Source of the DNA: Bacillota bacterium
GTDB lineage: Bacteria; Bacillota; Clostridia; Peptostreptococcales; Anaerovoracaceae
Reading direction: 5' to 3'
NCBI GenBank assembly: GCA_022787405.1
Contig: JALFXR010000046.1
Location: 2,365-66,364, forward strand
Length of the DNA stretch: 64,000 bases
The position numbers and the translations under genes were made by a program. How positions within the stretch are numbered: the stretch's first letter is position 1; every line of letters starts with the position of its first letter. Of the stretch, positions 9,701 through 16,791 are shown piece after piece. A model generated the notes under the pieces. The model did not search any database. It saw only the letters and a list, made by a program, of their open reading frames with translations, and was not told where the DNA came from.

Positions 9701-12612
9701 GTACCTTCTTCCACGCTGATTGTTTTTGTCGGCGGTATCTTAATGCTTGCTACCTCGAAAGCAGCATACATCTCGTTTTTCGCAATCTCAACCGATGAGA
9801 ACAGTTTTGTTTTCTCATATTCATTCAGATACCCATAGCCTCTTTGGAAAGTTTCTATCAGCTCCTTATGTGCATAGGTCACTTCCGTGGTTTCATCCGG
9901 CAGATTCTCTAAATATGACCTGATGTTTGAAACGCGAAGCTCATGATTCAGTGCCGTTGCCGACGCTTTTTTCAGTGCGGCATAATCTGTATCAAAGCTG
10001 TTCATCAGCTCTGCATAGGTGAGCCCTTCCTTTTTCTGATTTGTTACGAGAGTATTGTATTTTTCTACGAACCCAGCATAGTTGCTGTCCGTAAAATCAT
10101 AATCATGGTATTGTTCGTAGAAGGCCTTCGCTTCTGCCAGATTGCTCTTTCGGCTTTCTTCAATCAGTGCTGTTTCATCCTCTGCCGCAGTAACGTATAC
10201 TGATGCATATCCTGCAGCACGCATACCGTGATAATCACCTTTTTCAATTACCTCATTATAGCTTTCGTGATAATATGTGTCTTCGTTGGTATCGTAAAGA
10301 GCGATGATATACCAACCCGGTTCTCTGAAAATATATTCTGTTCTGCCGTCTGCATCCGTTACGGAATTAGTCTTCTTCATGATATCGGCAATCTCGGTTT
10401 TATTTTCAGACGGTTCGCTTACAAACAGTGTAAGACCCTCCGCAGACATGACTTCATCCTGATTGGTGAAATATGTGCCTTTTACTGAGCCCGCAATGGT
10501 TGTTTTCTCTCCTACCACAGCTTCTACCGGACTTTTCGTTATGGAAATGGCTCCTATGTAATCTCCCAGAATATTCAGGGTTTTTACTGAAGCATAAGCC
10601 ACAGTTGTGCCGCCGTTATCTGCAGCATATTCATATCTGCCGATTCCATACAGGCACTTTACAACGCGCACGTCTTCACCATTGTGAAGCTGGATGTTAT
10701 TCATGTCGTTTAGCGCATATATCCCTCGGAATTCGTCATTGATGTATACCATAAACCACGAATTGTTCGCATCCTGAACAGCCACCTGGCTATATCCGGT
10801 TGCAGGAGTTATCCATATGCCGTTTGTCTGGAACTGAAGCCCAGCTTTTGTAACCAGGCTGCTTATAGTAGTGCTTCCTGCTTCCAGACCGAACTCTTTC
10901 TTCATATGTATGCCGGTGCCTGTAATCGTTGCTTTTTCAGATAAACTGTAGGCATTATTGATGTACTCGAAAGAAACCGTGATATTTTGGTTGCTAACAA
11001 GCCCATTTACTGCTGCCTTAAATTTTTTTAACGCAGTATCAAAATAGAATACGGTATTGAAATCTTCTTTGCTCCCGCCGATTTTGTTGCCTGGGCTTGT
11101 TTTAATCGTATACTCGCACTTTTCCTTGAACGCATTATATTCAGCCACATAGCTGTCCCACGAATCCGCTGTATATGTACCATTCTGATTATTTCCTAAC
11201 GCTTCCGGACTATATTCTTCGATAAAGATTCTTGCTTCTTCTAAATACGGGAGATAGTGGTTATTGTAATGGTCCTCATAGGTGGATTTTTTCACCATAG
11301 CGGACGCTGCAGCCGAGTCTGTTTTATCAGAAAAAATCCCATCTTTATAAACGGCAACTGCGATTGCCTTTGATAAAGCGTCACACTTTTCCTGCGCAGA
11401 TTTATCAGTTTCAGATACTTCATTTTTTTCAGTAGGTTCACCGTTTTCATACAGGGAATTCAAATAGTCTTGTCCTTCTTTTAATGCTTTCGCATACGGA
11501 GCCCATGTAACTGCTGTTGTCGTATTTTCCGTTACTATATTTTCACCGGAATAGGAAACATCAATTTTACCGATTTTATTGTCGTTAGTCATCCATCTAT
11601 ACCTTGCGTTTAGAACCTCATACAGCTCCGTCGCATTGACCTGCGTGGTCGGGATGAGGTCGGCGATGGCGGCTTCAAGCAATGCAGCCGCAGCATCAAC
11701 TTGATTCTGCTTAACGCCTGCTGCTAATGCACGCGTTCCGCCCTCTCCCGCAGGATAGATGGTATTCACCCTACCCATTGCAGCTTTATACAGTGCCCAG
11801 AAGCTATCTATTCTCCACTCCTGTTTGGTCCTTGAATTATAGGTGTAGAACAACTTCACTGCATTTCGGTCCGCCTTGATGGTCGCGTCGTTCCGCAACC
11901 TGTCGACAAGGTCTGTAATCGTGGTCTTGCCGTTATAGCGGTCAACCGTGTGGTAATATGCAGTGTCCGTTTCAAGCGAAGGTGCATTTTTGAGCACTGC
12001 GTTCAATTTATCAGTGTTAATTATGACAGGTGTAGCTTCAATCAAAAGTGCATAACGCAAATCATTGTTATTTTCATCTGTTCTAATAAAGGCATAATAA
12101 TAAGTTGCATTTTCAGCGGTGACAAATTCTTGAGAACGATACCCTTTTTCCGTTAAGTCGCTTGTTGTGACAGAATATTTTTGAAAATTAGTATCATCAT
12201 ATTTGAAGGCTCCACCAGTTGTTGTTACTTGTACGGCTCCTTTTCCACCAGCAAGTAAGTGATTATGATACAGTGTAATATTACTTCCAGTATCACTAAG
12301 GGCCCGAAACGTTTTACCAGGTATGGAAATAAAATATGTTTTGAGAACCTGAGCATTTGTACCGGTTGTGTCATTGCTACTTGTTTGACAGTTGATAATA
12401 AGATTTTCTGGCGTTGTGATCTCTTTGATACTGTAGCCGTCTGTGACTGTTATTCCTGATATGCCCAGCTTTATCGTGCAATCATACGAATCTGCCGCCC
12501 AGGCATCTTCCAGTCCCCACTGACCGATGCCAAGCCCTGTGAACACCATCATAAATGTCAGCGTCAGCGCCAGTATCTTCTTTATGGAACTGTTTTTCTT
12601 TACTTTTTCCAT
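6751..12612 (-). CDS. Giant secreted surface protein (1953 aa) with DUF4430 and cadherin-like beta-sandwich domains
   Basis: Signal peptide MEKVKKNSSIKKILALTLTFMMVFTGLGIG...AWA. Internal DUF4430-like block GSGWMGTLNDWFTNYGFNEFSYKNGELEDGDEIHIMFSQNLGEDLGG. It is followed by SLKSLSISKGKLMPSFDSSTLNYGLIL...MVSPAA (cadherin-like beta-sandwich pattern). The C-terminal end has YYYKARI Fn3-like repeats. Confidence 0.7.
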   Translation of the reverse strand: MEKVKKNSSIKKILALTLTFMMVFTGLGIGQWGLEDAWAADSYDCTIKLGISGITVTDGYSIKEITTPENLIINCQTSSNDTTGTNAQVLKTYFISIPGKTFRALSDTGSNITLYHNHLLAGGKGAVQVTTTGGAFKYDDTNFQKYSVTTSDLTEKGYRSQEFVTAENATYYYAFIRTDENNNDLRYALLIEATPVIINTDKLNAVLKNAPSLETDTAYYHTVDRYNGKTTITDLVDRLRNDATIKADRNAVKLFYTYNSRTKQEWRIDSFWALYKAAMGRVNTIYPAGEGGTRALAAGVKQNQVDAAAALLEAAIADLIPTTQVNATELYEVLNARYRWMTNDNKIGKIDVSYSGENIVTENTTTAVTWAPYAKALKEGQDYLNSLYENGEPTEKNEVSETDKSAQEKCDALSKAIAVAVYKDGIFSDKTDSAAASAMVKKSTYEDHYNNHYLPYLEEARIFIEEYSPEALGNNQNGTYTADSWDSYVAEYNAFKEKCEYTIKTSPGNKIGGSKEDFNTVFYFDTALKKFKAAVNGLVSNQNITVSFEYINNAYSLSEKATITGTGIHMKKEFGLEAGSTTISSLVTKAGLQFQTNGIWITPATGYSQVAVQDANNSWFMVYINDEFRGIYALNDMNNIQLHNGEDVRVVKCLYGIGRYEYAADNGGTTVAYASVKTLNILGDYIGAISITKSPVEAVVGEKTTIAGSVKGTYFTNQDEVMSAEGLTLFVSEPSENKTEIADIMKKTNSVTDADGRTEYIFREPGWYIIALYDTNEDTYYHESYNEVIEKGDYHGMRAAGYASVYVTAAEDETALIEESRKSNLAEAKAFYEQYHDYDFTDSNYAGFVEKYNTLVTNQKKEGLTYAELMNSFDTDYAALKKASATALNHELRVSNIRSYLENLPDETTEVTYAHKELIETFQRGYGYLNEYEKTKLFSSVEIAKNEMYAAFEVASIKIPPTKTISVEEGTLVQGTHNSAVVSSATGKYVAGWVWFNKVTEKNIGIFDTVKTNGVSSGNSGDIAKLRSITAYAGNEITLRRLVTQNEGQYWVKYSLDGGENWELAEKTGYNEYSEIWISIDFTMPNIEAESMKIQLSPMSKTEYEEATREQVAQELQEAKQSAKDAVDSAFSKYKQEDYSNENWAVLASAHVDGLSAVELAATVEAISEARRNALAAMAAVKTKAQEEKNEQETGGASGVALPDYGKVVGKVHIIVENQTFKTAGSNGAPAWYGTLIDGNYDLCENDTMMTAVLKALQLKGCNWSTGSQGVASSWDDYSISYIASIKVPRNVNADGSDFVLNDSEERLGEFSGESGSGWMGTLNDWFTNYGFNEFSYKNGELEDGDEIHIMFSQNLGEDLGGTWGNSDTSLKSLSISKGKLMPSFDSSTLNYGLILGSSSANLMVSPAASNKNYQVRTYLNKYNSDSALYRRTSIVPVKAGDTLYVGCGEYSWPSMNNQGAEARAYTGTKYTIKVYETELDYVKDALETMVSADAITYTTYKKYKEEVASVRKVYNLLSSTDRAKLDSKLVEKLAAAENQIQFYSDIDDAKDKFAALKSTSSESAARAAYNAYNKLNDEQKKYITVADTEIYNQLAEKYKMTAIAGSEQMPESNVTTDKKDTTAVVEPVISEGAASVTVDKDTLEEIKKQALEAKSDDIIIQVSKDVKGQQANSVTVNVDVSTLKDIAKSQDVALTVSTEAGTVKLDSASLKDALTQARGSELTIIIEKKNTTDSEKKLLGDTAARVDLTVKSGAQTITKFAGKVTVTLEIPSKLLDKKVAAVHIESADKFNQMPGSRKTIGNTAYYVFETEHFSSFALVDGEALGLEVNDEEANIERIKELVSDMSLKARSSKTSKKNIKVTLTVDDDTAAAIKEIKSMGYTVKYKYYRSTKKASKYQARITKTTKSFINTAGKKGTKYYYKARIQIYDKDGNLVAQTLLIQCKYAVRTWTK

Positions 12613-12730
12613 TTCTTTTTTTCCTTTCTTAATATTTCCCTCCGGTCCGGTCAGGCTCCATTGCCTTCCCGTCCTTTGCGATTGATCTATGTAAACACTA
12701 TTTTTCGTGTAGTGAACTTTCTGTCAGAAA

Positions 12731-13123
12731 CTATGTCCCTCCGCTGTTCTGTTCCATTTCTGCCGCTGCTTCTGCAGCTGCCTTTTCTTCTCTCAGCTGT
12801 CTGCGTCTTTCCGCCTGACGGGCCTTTCTTTCCGCCTTCTTCTGCTCTTTGATGAGATGACTTTCTGCCACCGGTCTTGTGCCTGCCTTCTCCAGCATCC
12901 GGTACCACGGTCCGAAGCGTGCTTTTAAGATCACGTCATATACCAGATCGTCTCTCGTTGGTTCTCTGCCGTTTTCCTCGGTAAAGTCTCTCACAAGCTG
13001 CAGAAGCTCCTCGTCGCTCATGGCCTTGTACGGTTCTCTCAGCTCGTTAAGCAGCTTCTGTTTCTCATGTTCGGTCATGGTCTTGCTTTCTGCAATTTCC
13101 TTTTTTGTCATCTGCTTTGTCAT
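12731..13123 (-). CDS. Small protein with a single homing-endonuclease-associated (HNH_repeat-like) module and a Lys/Arg/Glu-rich tail
   Basis: 130-aa ORF. SDEELLQLVRDFTEENGREPTRDDLVYDVILKARFGPWYRMLEKAG resembles the PF18780-type repeat (..G R.Pt..d......y..rFGsW..AL..AG). A GGGAG RBS lies ~10 nt upstream. Confidence 0.45.
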   Translation of the reverse strand: MTKQMTKKEIAESKTMTEHEKQKLLNELREPYKAMSDEELLQLVRDFTEENGREPTRDDLVYDVILKARFGPWYRMLEKAGTRPVAESHLIKEQKKAERKARQAERRRQLREEKAAAEAAAEMEQNSGGT

Positions 13124-13203
13124 ATATGTAACTCCCGCTGACCTCGGGGGCGGCTTTTTCTTCTATGCACCGCCCCTTTAAGGATGAAAAGTTTTCGAGT
13201 AAT

Positions 13204-13231
13204 AAAAAAACGATGATTTTAAAACCATCGC
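13204..13231 (-). terminator. Intrinsic terminator (expression platform of the proximal riboswitch-like leader)
   Basis: Minus strand reads cgatggttttaaaatcatcg followed by TTTTTTT. It lies ~80 nt upstream of the 130-aa CDS start. Confidence 0.5.
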
Positions 13232-13379
13232 TTTTGTGACATATGAAATACAGGCAGACAGCTTACGCCATCTCCCTTTCTTTCGGCTCCCCGACCCTTT
13301 CTTTATCTTGGTTTCAGGGGTTTGTAGGTCTTCTGACTTTTACATTCAGATGCAATCTTTTCAATTGCACCAGCGCACG

Positions 13380-13600
13380 CATTTCGCCTTCTCTCCGGGC
13401 CATGACAGCCCTTCCAATGACCGGCTTTCGCCGTATGCAGATTACCCTGCACAGAAACGGTACTTTGTAATCACAGCTACTAAGGGAGCGTGCATCTTCG
13501 CCAGTATGCACCTGGCTGCCGCTCCCACGTGTCCAGGAATTTCACCTGATTCCCTTGTTCAGCAAGGAACAAGAATGCGTGTCCGAAGCGTAATCGCATC
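13380..13600 (-). promoter_or_regulatory. Cobalamin-riboswitch-like element, proximal copy of a tandem pair (divergent)
   Basis: Minus strand contains ACAAGGGAATCAGGTGAAATTCCTGGAC (conserved 5' core). An inserted hairpin (GGGAGCG...CGCTCCC) follows, then TAGCTGTGA, GGTCATTGGAAGGGC and a B12-box-like GGCCCGGAGAGAAGGC. The match is less canonical than the other two copies. Confidence 0.4.
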
Positions 13601-13653
13601 TTCGGGTCGCGCATTTGCCACAAAAGCCATTTTCCTATTCAATTATTCATCGA

Positions 13654-13684
13654 AACAAAAATAGACTGCCTTCTGCGGCAGTCC
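13654..13684 (-). terminator. Intrinsic terminator between the two tandem riboswitch-like elements
   Basis: Minus strand reads GGACTGCCgcagaaGGCAGTCtATTTTTGTTT (7-8 bp GC-rich stem plus U tract). Confidence 0.6.
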
Positions 13685-13694
13685 ATGCATTCTC

Positions 13695-13925
13695 GTAATA
13701 TCCCGGCATCCCGGTTCTATTATCGCTCGGTGCCCCTCCGCAAATCCCCGCCGCTCTAGCAAAGGATTCTTCTCTTCGGTTACCCTCACACTGAATGTTT
13801 CTTCTGCCTCAGAAGTGAAATCATTCGAGCCACAACTCGTCTCCCGTCTCGTCGCCATCGGCGCATTACGGTTGCTGGCCAGCCGGGGAATCTCACCCCA
13901 CTTCCGTTAGTTATGCTCATTTCGT
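13695..13925 (-). promoter_or_regulatory. Cobalamin riboswitch, distal copy of the tandem pair
   Basis: Minus strand GGAAGTGGGGTGAGATTCCCCGGCTGGCCAGCAACCGTAA aligns almost base for base with the core of the canonical copy at 15.6 kb (GGAAGCAGGTGAGAATCCTGCACGGTCCCGCCACTGTA). A B12-box-like GAGACGGGAGACGAG lies downstream. Confidence 0.6.
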
Positions 13926-13954
13926 TATATATTCTATTTTTTCTCAGTAATTAA

Positions 13955-13983
13955 ATGCTATCACACCGACTTCATAAAGTCAA
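13955..13983 (-). promoter_or_regulatory. Sigma-A-type promoter for the tandem riboswitch leader
   Basis: Minus strand reads TTGACT, 17-nt spacer, TAGCAT, with an extended -10 TG (gTGaTAGCAT). It lies ~25 nt upstream of the riboswitch core. Confidence 0.45.
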
Positions 13984-14171
13984 CATATTTTACCAAATCA
14001 AGAGGGGTTTTTTTGCTTGTACAATTGCACTGCCTGCTGCTGTGTTTTCCGTCATAAATGCCGCCTCCTTTTCTTTCGCTTTTTTATTGTCAGAATGCAA
14101 AACTCCCGCCTCACATGGGAATGCTTTGATATCTCGCCCTTCCCACCGGCAGGAGTTTTCTTTACTCGCAG

Positions 14172-14339
14172 TTATATATTTTTAATTTGCTCTTCTTCCC
14201 TTTTCACTCTGATGTGAGCTATGCAGTGCTGCACGAAGTTATCGGTTTCATCCTTTTGAGTGAATCTTCTCATGACATTTCTCTCGTTATCTCTATAGTT
14301 TCTCTTAATTTTTTCCGATATGTTCTTTAACAGTTTCAT
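14172..14339 (-). CDS. Small basic hypothetical protein (55 aa, below the ORF-track cutoff)
   Basis: ATG preceded by GGGAGG at 6 nt. Reads MKLLKNISEKIKRNYRDNERNVMRRFTQKDETDNFVQHCIAHIRVKREEEQIKNI. I recognise no homology. Confidence 0.3.
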   Translation of the reverse strand: MKLLKNISEKIKRNYRDNERNVMRRFTQKDETDNFVQHCIAHIRVKREEEQIKNI

Positions 14340-14485
14340 TTCTTGCCTCCCGTTGATTAAAATATATGTCTGATCATCTCTTAATCATTTTGAGGCTAGT
14401 TGAAACCCTCGCTCTCCGCACTGCCATGGTCAGCAGCACGGGGAACATTCCGTAAAGTTTTAAGTCTTTTTATCATAACATTCCC

Positions 14486-15211
14486 CTATCTGCATATATA
14501 AATCGGTGCTGACTTTTCTCTTGCCTCCCTTGCCAGTGCAAGGTCTGCCTTCATCAGCTCGAAGCTTTCTCCCGGCCGCATAAACGGCTCGATGACCTTG
14601 GCAACCTGTGGAAACAGCATCCTCCTGTCTCCAAAAAACTCGATGACAAACAGCTTATGAGGCGCTGTCCTATAGTCGGGTCTGGCAGCCAGAATCCATG
14701 CCCGGGTCACCTCCGGATTTTTCTCAAAGAAGCTTCTGAGAACTTCCACGATTCCGGGCGGATAGCTTTTTAGTGGTGATAATATCTGTGGCGCTGGGTG
14801 GTCTGTGCGCTGCAGCGTCATTCCTTCCATCTCCCTGTCAATCTCCATGAGCTGGGGTCTTCGCAGTACCAGCGCCTTGCCGAATGGATTAAGCACCACC
14901 CCTGAAAATTCCGCAGGAAGGTCTATGATTATGTGTTTTAAGTCATCAAGGGTCATCACACCTATGTTGTCCCATGGCGTATGTTCTCTTGTCAGCTCGT
15001 ATGGTGATGTAAATGCCGGAAGGAGTATTTCGCCTGCAGAGTTATGTAATGCTGCCACGTTCATGGTATCTCCCTGGTATGGCACGAGAAGCTGCGCATC
15101 CTTCAGTTCTTTAAAAAACCGCCTCTTTCCTTGCTCCGTTGGGTTGTCTCTGAATCTTTCCATGGCCTTCACCAGGTCGAAGCCCTCTGCGAAATTATCG
15201 TCTATTCTCAT
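14486..15211 (-). CDS. SseB-family protein (enhanced serine sensitivity protein B-like, N and C domains)
   Basis: 241-aa ORF. FFKELKDAQLLVPY ... LLPAFTSPYEL ... and a C-terminal half typical of SseB_C. RBS CCGGAGGAAC upstream. Confidence 0.6.
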   Translation of the reverse strand: MRIDDNFAEGFDLVKAMERFRDNPTEQGKRRFFKELKDAQLLVPYQGDTMNVAALHNSAGEILLPAFTSPYELTREHTPWDNIGVMTLDDLKHIIIDLPAEFSGVVLNPFGKALVLRRPQLMEIDREMEGMTLQRTDHPAPQILSPLKSYPPGIVEVLRSFFEKNPEVTRAWILAARPDYRTAPHKLFVIEFFGDRRMLFPQVAKVIEPFMRPGESFELMKADLALAREAREKSAPIYICR

Positions 15212-15370
15212 TTTGTTCCTCCGGTTAGCTTTTGTTTTCGTATTTTGGAGTGGCGCAGCCTCAGGCTATACCTTATATGCATATAACCATCGGCTGCCCG
15301 TAAGGATAAAAAGAGTCCATTCGGGCTGCGACCTCTGAACGTTAATTATGGAAATCGTCATTTAAGGAGA

Positions 15371-15420
15371 AAATTAAAAAGACCACAGCCCCGCAGGTCA
15401 TAACCTGACCTACCGGCTGC
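15371..15420 (-). terminator. Intrinsic terminator (expression platform of the canonical cobalamin riboswitch)
   Basis: Minus strand reads CAGCCGGTAGGTCAGgttaTGACCTGCGGGGCTG followed by tggtcTTTTTaaTTTT. Confidence 0.6.
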
Positions 15421-15484
15421 AGCCCGTTTTTACTGCAACAAAAATATTCGCAAGTGCTCCCCGACACAAGGAACTGTCAAACAA

Positions 15485-15690
15485 TTTATGCATGTCTCCT
15501 GACTCAGCGATCAACGCTTTACTCACCTTCCCACACCCATCTTCTATCCTTTTAAATCGGTCAGAGGTGCAGTGGCATACTGAGCAAAACTCCTTCAATA
15601 CAGTGGCGGGACCGTGCAGGATTCTCACCTGCTTCCATCTTAGCTCCGGCCTCGGCTCGCTTCATGCCGCCCGGAGAACATAAATGCCTT
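15485..15690 (-). promoter_or_regulatory. Cobalamin (B12) riboswitch, canonical
   Basis: The minus strand carries all hallmark blocks in order: GGAAGCAGGTGAGAATCCTGCACGGTCCCGCCACTGTA, ATGCCACTG, GGGAAGGTG, and the B12 box AGTCAGGAGACATGC. Confidence 0.85.
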
Positions 15691-15708
15691 CATATGAACT
15701 TCGAACTT

Positions 15709-15737
15709 ATTCTATCATTTAATTAAGGGATTTGCAA
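15709..15737 (-). promoter_or_regulatory. Sigma-A-type promoter for the canonical riboswitch leader
   Basis: Minus strand reads TTGCAA, 17-nt spacer, TAGAAT, directly upstream of the riboswitch. Confidence 0.5.
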
Positions 15738-15768
15738 GCCCTCAATTTGAAATACATCGCTGCCTTTA

Positions 15769-16416
15769 TCACCCCATCATTGCCGCATCCGAAAGACTCA
15801 GCGCATCGCAGTAGGAAAGGGTGCTCTTTCTCATATAGTGATAAGCCCTGCGCCAGTAGGTAACATAAGCTGACAGGCTGAGCTGCCCTCCTTCGCTAAG
15901 AAAATGCTCCATAATTTTTCCATCAGCACCAATGATTTTATCCATTGCATCTACATATACGACTCCCGTCTCTTGAGCCAGCTCCCTGATATCAGCATTA
16001 AATCTGCATTTTGCCACATCACCGGAAAAAACAGAAATGAGCATAATTTTAGTTCCGGGTGAATCTGCTTTTATGTAGTCGATAAGCTTTATATAATCAT
16101 CGATGAATCCGGCATTTTCTTCAACCTCTCCTAAACCGATAAACAGCTTCTTTGGTTTCAAGGGTGATACAACCTGACGATAAACTTCTACCGCATCTGA
16201 TGCCGAAAGCCCGCATATGCTCCTGTTATACATCTTTTCGTCTACGCACAGCTTTCTGCAAAGCTCTGCAAATGGAAAGTCATGCAGAAAAGTGCCTCCC
16301 ATAAACACGGTTTCCCCTTCGGCTGCCAGTTTGTTAAGCTCTCTGTACTCATGAATCTGAACATTAAATTCCGTTCTCATAAGCTGCCTCCATATCATAT
16401 CTTCTGTTTCTGACAT
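15769..16416 (-). CDS. SGNH/GDSL-hydrolase-like protein with degenerate catalytic blocks
   Basis: 215-aa ORF. Overall layout follows Lipase_GDSL_2 (block I VFMGGTF, block III IGLGEVEE, block V SEGGQLS), but Ser, Asn and His are not conserved. Confidence 0.5.
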   Translation of the reverse strand: MSETEDMIWRQLMRTEFNVQIHEYRELNKLAAEGETVFMGGTFLHDFPFAELCRKLCVDEKMYNRSICGLSASDAVEVYRQVVSPLKPKKLFIGLGEVEENAGFIDDYIKLIDYIKADSPGTKIMLISVFSGDVAKCRFNADIRELAQETGVVYVDAMDKIIGADGKIMEHFLSEGGQLSLSAYVTYWRRAYHYMRKSTLSYCDALSLSDAAMMG

Positions 16417-16651
16417 ACAGGAGTATATCGGTGCTGACCATAACCAGATTTATTATATAAAGCACCAGCACGTAGTTTATGTTTCCCGCCATAAATTTGC
16501 TGCATATTCCAAAGATGTATCCTATGAAAATCGCAAGTTCAAACATAAGGCTTTTGCCCTGTGCAGTACATGATTTATAAGATTTTACAACTGATATCGG
16601 CCATGAGAGTCCGAAGCATACAAGCATTAAAGTTTCAAAAATTTCCGCCAT
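16364..16651 (-). CDS. Small three-TM PQ-loop/SemiSWEET-like membrane protein
   Basis: 95-aa ORF with three hydrophobic helices. The motif GLSWPISVVKSYKS...GKSLMF resembles PQ-loop repeat proteins. Overlaps the next gene by ~50 nt (or that gene starts later). Confidence 0.5.
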   Translation of the reverse strand: MAEIFETLMLVCFGLSWPISVVKSYKSCTAQGKSLMFELAIFIGYIFGICSKFMAGNINYVLVLYIINLVMVSTDILLYVRNRRYDMEAAYENGI

Positions 16652-16791
16652 GTTTTTTCCTCTTTTCCTTTTCTATCTCGTTCTTGACTCCATCATAGCA
16701 TGGTTATATAATAATGTAAAATATATAAAAATTATCGTTTTCATAATGTTTATATTATATACGTTTGCCATCGTGACAGGAGGGCTTTTAC

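Noticed and set aside
12687-12908. 73-aa alternative-frame ORF inside the 130-aa HNH-repeat-like gene
   Set aside because: Its Gly/Arg/Lys-rich product is typical of an off-frame reading of the Lys/Glu/Ala-rich tail. It has no independent start signals.
13236-13858. Short ORFs (13236-13664 +, 13243-13470 +, 13314-13511 -, 13643-13858 -) in the ~700-nt gap. I also considered that the gap is a single large ncRNA (group II intron, RNase P, tmRNA, OLE/ROOL-like).
   Set aside because: The ORFs have no RBS and odd composition. I could not find RNase P P4 (GAGGAAAGTCC), a tmRNA tag or CCA end, a group II GUGYG start or domain V. Two B12-aptamer cores, each followed by a terminator, explain the structure better. 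A large-ncRNA model would still need a cmscan to exclude formally.
13955-14217. Plus-strand ORFs 13955-14185 and 14017-14217. Also a 21-codon minus-strand mini-ORF (MTENTAAGSAIVQAKKPLLIW) with an AAGGAGG RBS at ~14010-14075.
   Set aside because: The plus-strand ORFs overlap a minus-strand promoter and hairpin region and show no homology. The mini-ORF is too short to support without conservation or ribosome-profiling data, so I note it only as a possible leader peptide.
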